Made by a program: the position numbers and the translations under genes
Assembly: GCA_963845085.1 (NCBI GenBank)
Contig: CAWJQI010000004.1
Span: 352,001-416,000 of the forward strand
Direction: 5' to 3'
DNA length: 64,000 nucleotides
Source: Candidatus Fermentibacterota bacterium
GTDB lineage: Bacteria > Fermentibacterota > Fermentibacteria > Fermentibacterales > JCC-6
Shown here: positions 49,517 to 59,495 of the stretch, piece by piece
Numbering within the stretch: position 1 is the first letter of the stretch
Layout: every line of letters starts with the position of its first letter
The notes under the pieces: generated by a model
What the model was told of the DNA's origin: nothing
Database searches by the model: none
The model's input: the letters and a program-made list of their open reading frames with translations, nothing else

Positions 49517-49879
49517 CTAGAAAACCAGTCCGCCTTCGCGGGCCTTTTCAGCCAGAGCCTTCACCCTACCGTGGAAGGGATGACCGCCCCGGTCAAATAC
49601 TACCATTGTAACGCCTATCGCCCTGGCTTTCTCCGCCAGCTTCGCCCCGAGGAACGCGGCCTTGTCGCTCTTGCTCCCGGTGGCGGTATCCGCAATCTCA
49701 TGCGAATCGGTGGTCATTGAGAGAAGGGTCCTGCCGGCCTGGTCATCGATGATTGAAGCAAGCATGTGCCGGTTCGTTCTTCTCACAAACAGCCTGGGCC
49801 GTTCCGCCGTTCCGGAGATCTTCTTCCTGATGCTCCGATGGCGGCGAAGGAGGCGCTGAATTCTGTCAGGTTTGGACAT
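49517..49879 (-). CDS. rplR: 50S ribosomal protein L18
   Basis: [19 protein letters not shown]. Confidence 0.96.
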   Translation of the reverse strand: MSKPDRIQRLLRRHRSIRKKISGTAERPRLFVRRTNRHMLASIIDDQAGRTLLSMTTDSHEIADTATGSKSDKAAFLGAKLAEKARAIGVTMVVFDRGGHPFHGRVKALAEKAREGGLVF

Positions 49880-49893
49880 TTTGCCTCCGTTTT

Positions 49894-50439
49894 CTAGGTT
49901 GTAGCAGATTTGGCGGCTTTGCGCTTTATCTGCTGGTCGCTGTACCGGAATCCGATCAGGTTGTAGGGCTCGACCGGCCGGATCTTGTAAAGAGCGGCCG
50001 CGAAGTTTCCTACAAGCTGTCTGTCGTTTCCGTTGATGATCAGGCTGAACGTGTTCTGGCCCAGCTTGAGTTCGACTGAAAGCCCGTCGGGAATGGTCGC
50101 GACGACCTTGTGTGAGAAGCCGATCTGCATTTCGATCGATTTCCCGATCATCTCGGCCTGATAACCCTTGCCCTGAACGACAAGTTCACGCGAATGACCC
50201 CTGGTCACACCCATGATGCGGTTGTTGAGCTGCGCCCTTGTAACGCCGTGAAGACGCCTCTGGTCGGGGCTGTCGTCCCGGCGGTTCACATGCACCGCCT
50301 CGCCGGTCACTTCGATGGTGATGCCGTCCGGAAGAACGAAGGTGTCCTCTCCCCGGGAACCCGCTGCTGTAACAGTATTCCCGGAAACCGTAACCCTTGA
50401 ACCGTTCAGCGGGATCGGCAGTTTTCCGATTCTTGACAT
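49894..50439 (-). CDS. rplF: 50S ribosomal protein L6
   Basis: MSRIGKLPI, GFSH; spc operon position. Confidence 0.95.
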   Translation of the reverse strand: MSRIGKLPIPLNGSRVTVSGNTVTAAGSRGEDTFVLPDGITIEVTGEAVHVNRRDDSPDQRRLHGVTRAQLNNRIMGVTRGHSRELVVQGKGYQAEMIGKSIEMQIGFSHKVVATIPDGLSVELKLGQNTFSLIINGNDRQLVGNFAAALYKIRPVEPYNLIGFRYSDQQIKRKAAKSATT

Positions 50440-50451
50440 CGCCTACCCCCG

Positions 50452-50847
50452 CTACCAGACGTGGAGCAGCACTTCGCCGCCCACGTTGTGTTTCCTGGCC
50501 TCAAAATCGGTGATGATCCCGCGAGGAGTGGTCAGCACTGCCACGCCTCTTCCTCCCATTACCCTGGGAAGAGTTCCAACACCGGAATACACCCTGCACC
50601 CAGGTTTGGAAATCCTCTTGATCCCAACGATAAGGGGAGTTCCGTTCCTGTAGGCCAGGTAGACCCTGAGCACTCCCTGTTTCCCGTCTTCAATCCTGCG
50701 GAAGCCGAGAATGAAGCCGTGATTGTAGAGCACCCTCGCAATACTGGCCTTCAGTTTCGATGCGGGGATATCAACCATTTTGTGGCCCGCCGAGGAAGCA
50801 TTCCTGATCCGGGTCAGCATGTCGGCTATCGGGTCAGTCATTGACAT
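50452..50847 (-). CDS. rpsH: 30S ribosomal protein S8
   Basis: MTDPIADMLTRIRN, SKPG.RVY, GGE. Confidence 0.97.
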   Translation of the reverse strand: MSMTDPIADMLTRIRNASSAGHKMVDIPASKLKASIARVLYNHGFILGFRRIEDGKQGVLRVYLAYRNGTPLIVGIKRISKPGCRVYSGVGTLPRVMGGRGVAVLTTPRGIITDFEARKHNVGGEVLLHVW

Positions 50848-50860
50848 GTTTCACCCCTTC

Positions 50861-51046
50861 CTACCAGCTAGCCTTGCGGATGCCAGGAATAAGACCCCTG
50901 TTGGCCATATCCCTGAAGCAGATCCGGCAAATTCCGAACATGCGCAGAAAACCTCTCGGCCTTCCACACAGCGTGCACCTGTTGTAGTTCCTCACCTGGA
51001 ACTTGGCGGGTCTTTTCTGTTTGGCGATCAGGCTCTTCTTCGCCAT
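50861..51046 (-). CDS. rpsN: 30S ribosomal protein S14 (61-aa zinc-binding type)
   Basis: CTLCGRPR...CRIC...IPGIRKASW. Confidence 0.96.
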   Translation of the reverse strand: MAKKSLIAKQKRPAKFQVRNYNRCTLCGRPRGFLRMFGICRICFRDMANRGLIPGIRKASW

Positions 51047-51047
51047 T

Positions 51048-51623
51048 CTACGCCCCCCTTCTGCCACTGCGACGGAATGGCATTCCCAGGAGGCTGAGAA
51101 GTTCAAGGCCTTCCTCATCGGTCCTGGCTGTGGTGACGATGGTGATGTTCATCCCCCTGAACTTGTCAATTTTGTCAACGTCTATTTCGGGGAAGATCGC
51201 CTGTTCCTCGACTCCGAAATTGTAGTTTCCTCTGCCGTCGAAGCCCTTTGCAGGAAGGCCCCGGAAATCACGCACCTGGGGAAGTGCGAAATTTATGAGC
51301 CGGTCGAGGTATTCCCACATCCTGTCACCCCGGAGGGTTGTGAAAACGCCGATGGGCATGCCTTCCCTGAGCCTGAAAGCGGCGACGGACTTCTTTGCCT
51401 TCGCAACGACGCTTTTCTGGCCGGTGATGGCCTCCATCTGGGATTGTGCGCTGGTAACGTTGTTGGCGTTGTCCATCGCTTCCTTGCCGAGCCCCATGTT
51501 GACCACGATCTTCGAAAGACGCGGGGTCTGCATGGCATTTCGGTAGTTGAACTTCTCAAGCATCTTGCCGCGGACTTCCTGCCGGTAGATCTGCTTGAGC
51601 CTGGGCATGGTATTCTCGCTCAT
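51048..51623 (-). CDS. rplE: 50S ribosomal protein L5
   Basis: [21 protein letters not shown]. Confidence 0.97.
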   Translation of the reverse strand: MSENTMPRLKQIYRQEVRGKMLEKFNYRNAMQTPRLSKIVVNMGLGKEAMDNANNVTSAQSQMEAITGQKSVVAKAKKSVAAFRLREGMPIGVFTTLRGDRMWEYLDRLINFALPQVRDFRGLPAKGFDGRGNYNFGVEEQAIFPEIDVDKIDKFRGMNITIVTTARTDEEGLELLSLLGMPFRRSGRRGA

Positions 51624-51631
51624 TCAGTCTC

Positions 51632-51949
51632 CTATCCCGCGGTGATGATCTCGCCGCAGGCCTTGCACTTGCGGCTGAGATGTCCTTCTTCGTCCCTGAC
51701 ACGGCTCATGCCCGAAGCCTTGCCGCAGTCAGGACAGATTACCTGAAGATTCGAAGCGTCAATGGGGGCTTCCTTCTCCACGATTCCGCCCTGCTGATTC
51801 TTCTGGGATGGCCGTGTGTGGCGCTTGATGATCCTGATGCCCTCAACCACGGCCTTGTTCTTGTCCCGGAATACCTTCAGCACCTTGCCGCTCTTGCCCT
51901 TGTCGTTCCCGGTGATGACAAGAACCTTGTCGCCCTTGCGCACATGCAT
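51632..51949 (-). CDS. rplX: 50S ribosomal protein L24
   Basis: KGDKV..GNDKGK KOW motif, EAPIDASN. Confidence 0.96.
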   Translation of the reverse strand: MHVRKGDKVLVITGNDKGKSGKVLKVFRDKNKAVVEGIRIIKRHTRPSQKNQQGGIVEKEAPIDASNLQVICPDCGKASGMSRVRDEEGHLSRKCKACGEIITAG

Positions 51950-51950
51950 C

Positions 51951-52316
51951 CTAAATCACCTCCGGCGCCAGCGAAACGATCTTCATGAACCGCTGGCGAA
52001 GCTCACGACCAACGGGACCGAAGATCCTGGTTGCTACCGGCTGCCCGGCATCGTCCAGTATCACGGCGGCATTGTCGTCGAACCTTACGCTCGAGCCGTC
52101 GGCACGGTTGAGTTCCTTGCGGGTGCGGACCACAACCGCCCTTCTGACTTCACTCTTCTTCACTGTCCCACCGGGAGACGATTCCTTCACGGTGACCACG
52201 ATGAGGTCACCGATGCCGGCGTACCGGCGCCCGGTACCACCCAGTACCTTGATGCACATGACCTCGCGGGCGCCGGAATTGTCGGCTACCTTGAGCCTTG
52301 ATAACACCTGAATCAT
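51951..52316 (-). CDS. rplN: 50S ribosomal protein L14
   Basis: VADNSGA, FDDNAAV, SLAPEV. Confidence 0.97.
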   Translation of the reverse strand: MIQVLSRLKVADNSGAREVMCIKVLGGTGRRYAGIGDLIVVTVKESSPGGTVKKSEVRRAVVVRTRKELNRADGSSVRFDDNAAVILDDAGQPVATRIFGPVGRELRQRFMKIVSLAPEVI

Positions 52317-52327
52317 ATCCGGCCTCC

Positions 52328-52591
52328 CTACTTGGCCTTCTCGACGATCTCAATCAGGCGCCATCTCTTGAGTCTCGAGAGGGGGCGGGTTTCCGCGATG
52401 GTCACCACATCCCCCACGGCGCACTGGTTGTTCTCGTCGTGGGCGTAATACCTGCTGCTGGAGCGAACGCGCTTCTTGTACGCCGGATGGGCCTTGACCG
52501 CCGTGACTTCCACAACTGCGGTCTTGTCCATGGCGTTCGAAACCACTGTTCCCCGAAGCACTCTTCTGTTTCCGACTCTTGTTTCGGCCAT
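52328..52591 (-). CDS. rpsQ: 30S ribosomal protein S17
   Basis: MDKT, AHDE, ETRPLS..KRW. Confidence 0.97.
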   Translation of the reverse strand: MAETRVGNRRVLRGTVVSNAMDKTAVVEVTAVKAHPAYKKRVRSSSRYYAHDENNQCAVGDVVTIAETRPLSRLKRWRLIEIVEKAK

Positions 52592-52593
52592 GG

Positions 52594-52812
52594 TCAGTTC
52601 CCTTCCCCGGCTTTGATTTCAATGCCCATGTCTATCTCTTGAAGAATGGACAAGGCCCGGGCCAGATCTTTCCGGACCATTCGCACCTTCACCGGGTTGT
52701 CGAGCTGCTGGGCCGCCTTGCGGAACCGGAGGTTGAAGATCTCCCGACGGAGTTCCCTCACCTGTTCCTCAAGCTCTTCCCTGCTCATGGCCCGGAATTC
52801 ATGAGGTTTCAC
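52594..52812 (-). CDS. rpmC: 50S ribosomal protein L29
   Basis: FNLRF, RKDLAR; operon position. Confidence 0.95.
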   Translation of the reverse strand: MKPHEFRAMSREELEEQVRELRREIFNLRFRKAAQQLDNPVKVRMVRKDLARALSILQEIDMGIEIKAGEGN

Positions 52813-53231
52813 TGGTGAGCCTCCTTATCCCTAATCACGAACCGGGTGGCGACCGGAAGCTTGTGCCCGGCGAGACGCATGGCCTCCCTGGCGGTTTCCG
52901 GAGCAACCCCCTCGATCTCAAACATCACCCTGCCGGGCCTGACCGTGGCCACCCAGCCTTCAACAGGGCCTTTCCCCTTGCCCATTCTTGTTTCCAGGGG
53001 AGTTGCCGTGATGGGCTTGTCGGGGAATATCCTGATCCAGACCTTTCCGCCCCTCTTGATGTGCCTGGTCATCGCGATTCGGGCGGCTTCGATCTGCGCG
53101 CTGGTTATCCATCCCGGTGCAAGTGCCTGAAGGCCGAACTCGCCGAAGGAAACCTCGGCGCCGCCCTTGGCCATGCCGCGCATTCTTCCCCGGTGCTGCT
53201 TCCGGTACTTAGTTCTTTTTGGCATCAACAT
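52809..53231 (-). CDS. rplP: 50S ribosomal protein L16
   Basis: [18 protein letters not shown]. Confidence 0.97.
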   Translation of the reverse strand: MLMPKRTKYRKQHRGRMRGMAKGGAEVSFGEFGLQALAPGWITSAQIEAARIAMTRHIKRGGKVWIRIFPDKPITATPLETRMGKGKGPVEGWVATVRPGRVMFEIEGVAPETAREAMRLAGHKLPVATRFVIRDKEAHQ

Positions 53232-53248
53232 GCTGCATCACCGCTCTT

Positions 53249-53902
53249 TCAGGATCCGGCCACGGGGGCTTCGTGAACGTCGCCCACATAGATCCAGACC
53301 TTCACGCCAATCACGCCGTAGGTTGTCCGGGAAACGGCCCTTGCGAAATCGATGTCCGCCCTGAGCGTGTGCAGGGGCACCCGGCCCTCATGGTATGTGT
53401 TGACCCTGGACATCTCGGCTCCACCAAGCCTTCCGGAGCAGGATACCTTGATCCCGAGGGCGCCGGCCCTCATGGTGTCGGAGATGGTCCTCTTGATCGC
53501 CCTCCTGACGGAAACCCTGTTCTCAAGCTGACGGGCGACATTCTCCGCAACCAGCGTCGCGCTCACTTCAGGGTTGTCGATCTGGTCAACCTTGACCTTG
53601 ACCGTCTTGTCAGTGAGTGCCGTGAGTTCGCTTGTCAGCCTGTCTATCGTCTTGCCGCGGGTGCCGATAACCATGCCCGGCCTGGCCGTGCTGATGGCTA
53701 TATGCACTTCCTGGGGCTTGCGCAGGATGGAGACCTTGCTGATCTGAGCCTTGTCAAGAAGAGGGTTCAGAAGGATGTATTTCCTGATCCTTGCGTCCTC
53801 CTCGACGAGCTTTGCGAAATTCCTGCCCTTGGCGAACCAGACCGAGTCCCAGCTTCTGGTGATGCCCAGCCTGAGGCCTATAGGATTTGTTTTTTGTCCC
53901 AT
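53249..53902 (-). CDS. rpsC: 30S ribosomal protein S3
   Basis: MGQKTNP, GRLGGAE, PLHTLRAD. Confidence 0.97.
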   Translation of the reverse strand: MGQKTNPIGLRLGITRSWDSVWFAKGRNFAKLVEEDARIRKYILLNPLLDKAQISKVSILRKPQEVHIAISTARPGMVIGTRGKTIDRLTSELTALTDKTVKVKVDQIDNPEVSATLVAENVARQLENRVSVRRAIKRTISDTMRAGALGIKVSCSGRLGGAEMSRVNTYHEGRVPLHTLRADIDFARAVSRTTYGVIGVKVWIYVGDVHEAPVAGS

Positions 53903-53904
53903 GT

Positions 53905-54270
53905 TTACCTCTTCTCCAGTCCGGCTGTGTCACCCTGACTGACCCTGACGGTGATGTGGCTGGTCCGGTGGACAATGCGTGTGGCCCTTCCCCTGGCCCT
54001 GGGGCGCCAACGTGCGACCATGGGGCCTTCGTCCACGGTGATGACGGATACCTTCATCTTGTCTGCCTCGAGCCGGGCGCCGTCGGAAAGGTGCACGGCA
54101 TTGGCCACGGCCGAGTCCAGCGTCTTGGCGATGATCTTCGAGGCGTTCTTGGGCACTGTCATGAGGATCGAGAGTGCCTGTCCGACTGATTTGCCTCTGA
54201 TGAGATCCGCCACGGCGCGCGCCTTGCGGGGAGGAACCCTCACAAACCTTGCTTTGGCAACGGCTTCCAT
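53905..54270 (-). CDS. rplV: 50S ribosomal protein L22
   Basis: PRKAR, SAVANA, PRARGRA. Confidence 0.97.
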   Translation of the reverse strand: MEAVAKARFVRVPPRKARAVADLIRGKSVGQALSILMTVPKNASKIIAKTLDSAVANAVHLSDGARLEADKMKVSVITVDEGPMVARWRPRARGRATRIVHRTSHITVRVSQGDTAGLEKR

Positions 54271-54281
54271 TTCCCCTCCCC

Positions 54282-54548
54282 CTACTTCTTCTTCTCGCGG
54301 TGACCGCGGAAGGTTCGGGTTGGGGCGAACTCGCCGAGCTTGTGCCCCACCATGTTCTCAACAACGAATACCGGTACGAACTTGCGGCCGTTGTGCACGG
54401 CAAACGTCTGGCCTACGAAGTCCGGCGGAATGGTCGAACGTCGGGCCCACGTCTTAATAACCTTGCTCTCGCCGGACTGGCCCATGAGCTCCACCTTCCG
54501 GAGAAGCCCGGCATCGATGAACGGGCCTTTCTTCAGGGAACGCGCCAT
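54282..54548 (-). CDS. rpsS: 30S ribosomal protein S19
   Basis: [21 protein letters not shown]. Confidence 0.97.
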   Translation of the reverse strand: MARSLKKGPFIDAGLLRKVELMGQSGESKVIKTWARRSTIPPDFVGQTFAVHNGRKFVPVFVVENMVGHKLGEFAPTRTFRGHREKKK

Positions 54549-54550
54549 CG

Positions 54551-55393
54551 CTACTTCCTCCTCTTTCCGGTGGGTCTGCGCCTTGTGATGAGTTTGCTGG
54601 ATTCCTTCTTGGGCTTCCTGGTGCGAAGACCCTTGGCAAGCTGACCCCAGGGTGAGCACGGATGACGGCCACCGCTTGTCTTGCCTTCGCCGCCGCCCAT
54701 GGGGTGATCAACCGGGTTCATGGCAACACCCCTGACATGGGGTCTTCTGCCTATCCATCGGCTGCTTCCGGCCTTGCCGGGAACCACGAGGTTGTGCTCG
54801 TTGTTGCCGACCTGGCCGATCGTGGCCATGCAGTTGGCGGGAACCTGCCTCATCTCGCGGGAGGGCATGCGCAGTGTTGCGTAGCCGCCTTCCCTTGCCA
54901 TGAGCTGCACCGATGCGCCGGCGCTGCGTGCGATCTGCCCGCCCTTGCCCGGCTTCATCTCGACGTTGTGAACCATCGTTCCGAGGGGAACCCTGTTCAG
55001 CGGAAGATGGTTGCCGATCTCGGGAGGCGCTTCTGCGCCGCTGAGAACGGTCTGGCCTACAACAAGGCCCTCGGGAGCTATGATGTACCGCTTCTCGCCG
55101 TCGCAGTAGATCACGAGGGCGATCCTGGCGCTGCGGTTGGGATCGTACTCAATGGAATCGACCCTTCCGGGTATGCCCGGCTTGTTCCTGCGGAAGTCGA
55201 TGATCCGGTACATCTTCTTGTGGCCGCCGCCCCGGTGCCTTGCGGTTATCCGCCCCTTGTTGTTCCGGCCCGCCTTGCTGGGCATCGGGATCATCAGGGA
55301 CTTTTCGCCTTCCGTTCTCGTGATCTCGGAAAAATCGGGCGATACTTTGAACCTGGTACCGGGGGTGGTAGGCTTCCATCGCTTCATTCCCAT
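54551..55393 (-). CDS. rplB: 50S ribosomal protein L2
   Basis: [25 protein letters not shown]. Confidence 0.98.
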   Translation of the reverse strand: MGMKRWKPTTPGTRFKVSPDFSEITRTEGEKSLMIPMPSKAGRNNKGRITARHRGGGHKKMYRIIDFRRNKPGIPGRVDSIEYDPNRSARIALVIYCDGEKRYIIAPEGLVVGQTVLSGAEAPPEIGNHLPLNRVPLGTMVHNVEMKPGKGGQIARSAGASVQLMAREGGYATLRMPSREMRQVPANCMATIGQVGNNEHNLVVPGKAGSSRWIGRRPHVRGVAMNPVDHPMGGGEGKTSGGRHPCSPWGQLAKGLRTRKPKKESSKLITRRRPTGKRRK

Positions 55394-55395
55394 GG

Positions 55396-55683
55396 TTACA
55401 CCCCCTCAAAAATGTCGACGGTGTCGCCCTTTTTAAGGGTGACCACAGCTTTTTTCCAGGCGGAGCGGCGGCCGGCGAAACGGCCCATTCGCTTCAGTTT
55501 CCCCTCCATCCTGATGGTATGAACGGCAAGCACTGTAACGTTGAAGATCTCCTCGACCGCCTTGGCGATCTGATCCTTCGTTGCCGCGGGTTTCACCTTG
55601 AAGGAGTAGGCGTTGATGGTCTCACGCGCCACGGTGGATTTCTCGGTGACGATGGGCTCGATGATTATCTGTCGGGCATCCAT
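55396..55683 (-). CDS. rplW: 50S ribosomal protein L23
   Basis: PIVTEKS, WKKAVV. Confidence 0.96.
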   Translation of the reverse strand: MDARQIIIEPIVTEKSTVARETINAYSFKVKPAATKDQIAKAVEEIFNVTVLAVHTIRMEGKLKRMGRFAGRRSAWKKAVVTLKKGDTVDIFEGV

Positions 55684-56306
55684 TACAAAAGCCTCGCTTT
55701 CAGCTCATCAATGGCCCGTTCGTCCATGAGAACCACTTCGGAATTCACCAGTGTGGTCACCGGAACGCTTCGGGCGCTGGCGGCGTATACACCGGGGATG
55801 TTGCGGGATGCCCTGGTTGCGTTCTCGTCACCTTCAAGAGTGAGGATGAGAGTCTTTCTTCCGGAGCAGCCGTTTCCTGCCAGCATTCCCGCCACCTGGC
55901 GGGTTTTGCCCTCGAGAAGGAAATCCCTGATCAGCCTGAGGTTGCCCTCGTCCAGCCTTTCGCTCAGAATGCCTGCAAGGGCCTTGCGGCGTATCTTGCG
56001 GTTGAGCTTGATTCCCCAGGGACGGGGATGGGGACCGAAGGCGACTCCACCGCCACGCCAGATCGGCGACTTCCTGGAGCCGCTTCGGGCATGCCCGGTG
56101 TGCTTCTGACGCCATGGCTTCTTGCCGCTGCCCGTTACCATGGCCCTTGTCTTTGAACTGGCCGTACCCCTGCGGCGGTTGGTCTGCTCTACCCTGACGA
56201 CCTCCCACAGCACGTGGGTGGATACCCCCGTGGAGAACACCTCGTCAGGGAGCTGAACGGTATCGACCTCTTCGCCGCTCATAGTGTAGACTCTTGCGAG
56301 TGCCAT
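55683..56306 (-). CDS. rplD: 50S ribosomal protein L4
   Basis: KPWRQKHTGHAR, GGGVAFGP. Confidence 0.97.
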   Translation of the reverse strand: MALARVYTMSGEEVDTVQLPDEVFSTGVSTHVLWEVVRVEQTNRRRGTASSKTRAMVTGSGKKPWRQKHTGHARSGSRKSPIWRGGGVAFGPHPRPWGIKLNRKIRRKALAGILSERLDEGNLRLIRDFLLEGKTRQVAGMLAGNGCSGRKTLILTLEGDENATRASRNIPGVYAASARSVPVTTLVNSEVVLMDERAIDELKARLL

Positions 56307-56941
56307 CAGCTGTTACCTCCGCTCTTGCGGTGCTTCCGTATCAGAAGGTACCCGTTCCTTGAGCCGGGAACAGCGCCCTTGAGCACGACGATGTTCTTCT
56401 CGCCGTCAACTTCCACAACCTCGAGGTTTTTTACCGTAACCTTGGCGTTACCGGTCTGCCCGGGCATCTTCTTGTTCTTCCAGACACGGCCGGGAGTGGC
56501 GCACTGTCCGATCGAGCCGGGAACCCTGTGAGATTTGCAGCCGTGTGTCTGGTCGCCGCCGCTGAAACCGTGCCTCTTGACAACGCCCTGGAAACCTTTG
56601 CCCTTGGAGAGTCCGGTTACGTCGACCTTCTCACCCGGGCTGAAGATGCTGACCGTGATGGTGTCGCCGGGCTTGACGTCGCCCTCCGGCTTTCCCACTT
56701 CAGCAAGCCTGGACACGGGGGGAACCCCCGCCTTTTCCAGATGCCCCTTCTGGGGCTTGTTGAGCCGGCTCTCCTTCTGTGGATAGAAGCCCACCTGTAC
56801 GGCGGCATAGCCGTCGCGCTCGGGGGTCTTCACCTGAACCACATGGTTCGGCGCCGCCTCGAGAACAGTGACCGGGACGACCCTTCCGTCTTCATTGAAG
56901 ACACGGGTCATGCCCAGTTTACGAGCCATCAATCCGCTCAT
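56306..56941 (-). CDS. rplC: 50S ribosomal protein L3
   Basis: KLGMT, KGKGFQG, KGAVPG. Confidence 0.97.
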   Translation of the reverse strand: MSGLMARKLGMTRVFNEDGRVVPVTVLEAAPNHVVQVKTPERDGYAAVQVGFYPQKESRLNKPQKGHLEKAGVPPVSRLAEVGKPEGDVKPGDTITVSIFSPGEKVDVTGLSKGKGFQGVVKRHGFSGGDQTHGCKSHRVPGSIGQCATPGRVWKNKKMPGQTGNAKVTVKNLEVVEVDGEKNIVVLKGAVPGSRNGYLLIRKHRKSGGNS

Positions 56942-57094
56942 ATACCACTTCCCGTCGCTGAAGTCCCCTGAAGGCGGGGGGACGAGCGTTGCTGTTCTTT
57001 CTACCGCCGCCTGCCGGAGCATCCGCCCAGGCTCCGCAGTGCGACATTTCCTCTTAATCCGGCTGAGCCGGATCAGTCAGGAGAACTACACCGA

Positions 57095-57400
57095 TTACTT
57101 GATCTCGACGTCCACACCAGCGGGAACATCAAGCTGACGAAGCGCCTCGGTTGTCTGCTCGTTGGGATCCCTGATCTCAATGAGCCTTGAGTGCACCCTC
57201 AACTCGAACTGCTCCCTGGATTTCTTGTCAACATGGGGGCTACGAAGAACCGTAAGCATCGTGCGCCTTGTGGGCAGCGGGATCGGACCCGCAACCTTGG
57301 CACCGGTATTGAGCACGCCGCGCACAATGGATGCGGCGGACTTGTCCAGCAGCCTGTGATCATAGGCCCTGAGCCTTATTCTAAGCCGTATCTCGTTCAA
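57095..57400 (-). CDS. rpsJ: 30S ribosomal protein S10
   Basis: [31 protein letters not shown] start after GAGGAG. Confidence 0.97.
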   Translation of the reverse strand: MNEIRLRIRLRAYDHRLLDKSAASIVRGVLNTGAKVAGPIPLPTRRTMLTVLRSPHVDKKSREQFELRVHSRLIEIRDPNEQTTEALRQLDVPAGVDVEIK

Positions 57401-57572
57401 CCCATCTCCTCGTTCAGTACAACCATAAATAAACGCGCAATACACCCGTTCGGGAGAATCCCGCGCCGCCACTGGTCAAAAAATGCCCTTTGGCTCATCG
57501 GAGCCTCGGGGGACGTAATATGGTGGAAGCTTTCGGAAACTGCAACCACCCCTCCCCTTTCAGGGAAGTGCA

Positions 57573-57601
57573 AGACTACCACTCAAAACCCGTTTTGTCA
57601 A
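57573..57601 (-). promoter_or_regulatory. Sigma70 promoter of the S10 ribosomal operon
   Basis: TTGACA-N17-TAGTCT with TG extended -10 on the minus strand; a back-to-back TTGACA at 57611-57616 faces the plus-strand genes. Confidence 0.75.
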
Positions 57602-57665
57602 GACGGGTCATTGACACGGCGGGGTTTCCCCGCTTATGCAAATACCTCGGAGAAAGGGGGCCTGC

Positions 57666-57869
57666 ATGGAATGCAAAAAGGACGGCAACCTTCTGCGGTG
57701 CAACTGCAGTTACGACCCCTGTTCCAGAAAGGGGCTCTGCTGTGAATGCATAGCTAGTCACCTCAGGGATCGCGAACTGCCCGGCTGCTGCTTCCCTGAA
57801 TCAGCGGAGAAGACCTGGAACAGGTCGTTCGAACACTTCGCAAAGCTCGTTACGGAGGGAAAGGTCTGA
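57666..57869 (+). CDS. Small Cys-rich protein (DUF6485-like)
   Basis: [21 protein letters not shown]...LPGCCFP...RSFEHF. Confidence 0.8.
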   Translation: MECKKDGNLLRCNCSYDPCSRKGLCCECIASHLRDRELPGCCFPESAEKTWNRSFEHFAKLVTEGKV

Positions 57870-57886
57870 CCGTCAGGGAATTCAGA

Positions 57887-59006
57887 ATGGCGCTCCACAG
57901 GGCGGCCGAGGTGTCCGGCAGGGAGGCTGCCACGGCAGAGCTCGTGGCGGGCTTTCTTGCCGCCACACGCCCTGAGAGGCTTCTTCGGGGAATCGCCGGA
58001 CACGGTGTTGCAGCGCTGTACCAGGGGCCACTCCCCGGCCCCCGGGTGATAGTCCGCTGCGAGCTCGACGGACTTCCATTGCCGGATGGACCCGGAGCCC
58101 GTCACGGGTGCGGGCACGATGGACACATGGCCATGACTGCCGGTGTTGCGGCGCACCTTGCGAAAGCCCCGCTCGACATGGGCTCGGTCCTGCTGCTTTT
58201 CCAGCCCTCGGAAGAGACCGGCGCAGGAGCTTCCGCCGTACTGAAGGACGACGGTTTCAGATCCCTGATGCCCGACTTTGCCGTAGCGCTCCACAACCTT
58301 CCCGGGTTCAGGCTGGGGGACGTTGTGCTGAAACGGGATTTGTTTTCCCTGGCATCTGCCGGGATCACGGTCAATTTCACCGGCGTGAGTTCCCATGCAG
58401 GGGAACCCCACAAGGGAAGAAGCCCGGCAATTGCCCTCGCCCGGATGATCCAGTCTCTGAACGCCCTCTCACGGAGCCGGGCCGATCAATTCCAGCCGAC
58501 CATGGTCACTGTCGTTCACGCAACAATGGGCGCTGCGGCATTCGGTACTTCACCGGGCGATGCGGTCGTGATGGCAACGATCAGGGCTTCCGAAAAGGAG
58601 GTTCTCGATGCTTTGTTTCAGGAGTGCCGCGGGATGGCGGAAGGTATTGCGGGAACGTGCGGGCTCGGGGTTTCAGTAGAAGCAAGCGAGGAGTTCCCGC
58701 CGGTTTCAAACGACAACCGTCTTGTTGGACCTGGTCGCAGAGACCGCCAAAAGGCTTGATATGAACGTTTTCTTCAGGAATGAGCCCTTCCCATGGTCGG
58801 AGGACTTCGGTCACTTCACCAGCGCCATGCCGGGGGTTCTTTTCGGGCTTGGCGCAGGGGAGGAAACGCCCCCGCTGCACCACCCCGATTACGAATTTCC
58901 CGACGAACTTCTGCCGCTGGGTTCGAAGCTGCTTCTGGAAACGGCAAGATCGATGATCAGGCAGGGCTGGTCATCACAGAAAAAGAACCAGCAACATCAT
59001 CAATGA
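57887..59006 (+). CDS. M20-family amidohydrolase (frameshift near 58727)
   Basis: RCELDGL, HGCGHDGH, FQPSEETG, SHAG; WSEDFG and LHHPDYEF in the second frame. Confidence 0.88.
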
Positions 59007-59445
59007 TCGGTGTCAGCAGATGTGCCCCTGAAGTAAACATGTGCTTCATCAGAAACAATGGGGTTCAAGTCGCTGATGAGGCGCCAAGCAATTTCGAGCG
59101 TGTCTCCCAGTAAACTTTCGGTTGCAGTTGCCCTTTACGGGCGTTCCATATTTTTGTTTGACAATCATTTCTGACAAGCAGCCCATTTTCATAATCCTGG
59201 CAAACTCTCGTCGGAGTTAGCTCCGAGACACTGGTTCACATCCCAGCTGATGGCCCAAACCAGCAATTTGTCAACTTTTCGGCAGAAAAGTAATGCTCCG
59301 TCGGGATGAGGCAAGATCAGTAAAAACTCATGGCTTTCAATGGGAACCGGGTTCGTACACAAGGGTGCCGGGATATGCAATCGAACGGTTGTATACAGGG
59401 AACAAGGGCACATCTTGCTGATATCCAGATACTTGAGTGCCCTAT

Positions 59446-59476
59446 GAAGAAAGGGCCGCTGCCTATGCAACGGCCC
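59446..59476 (-). terminator. Putative intrinsic terminator of the repeat-protein gene
   Basis: GGGCCGTTGCATAGGCAGCGGCCC stem followed by TTTCTTC on the minus strand, about 20 nt after the stop. Confidence 0.6.
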
Positions 59477-59495
59477 TACCTTCGATGGTTTCCGA

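Noticed and set aside
59111..59470. Short ORFs in the low-GC intergenic stretch
   Set aside because: No recognisable motifs or SD sites; coding status cannot be supported.
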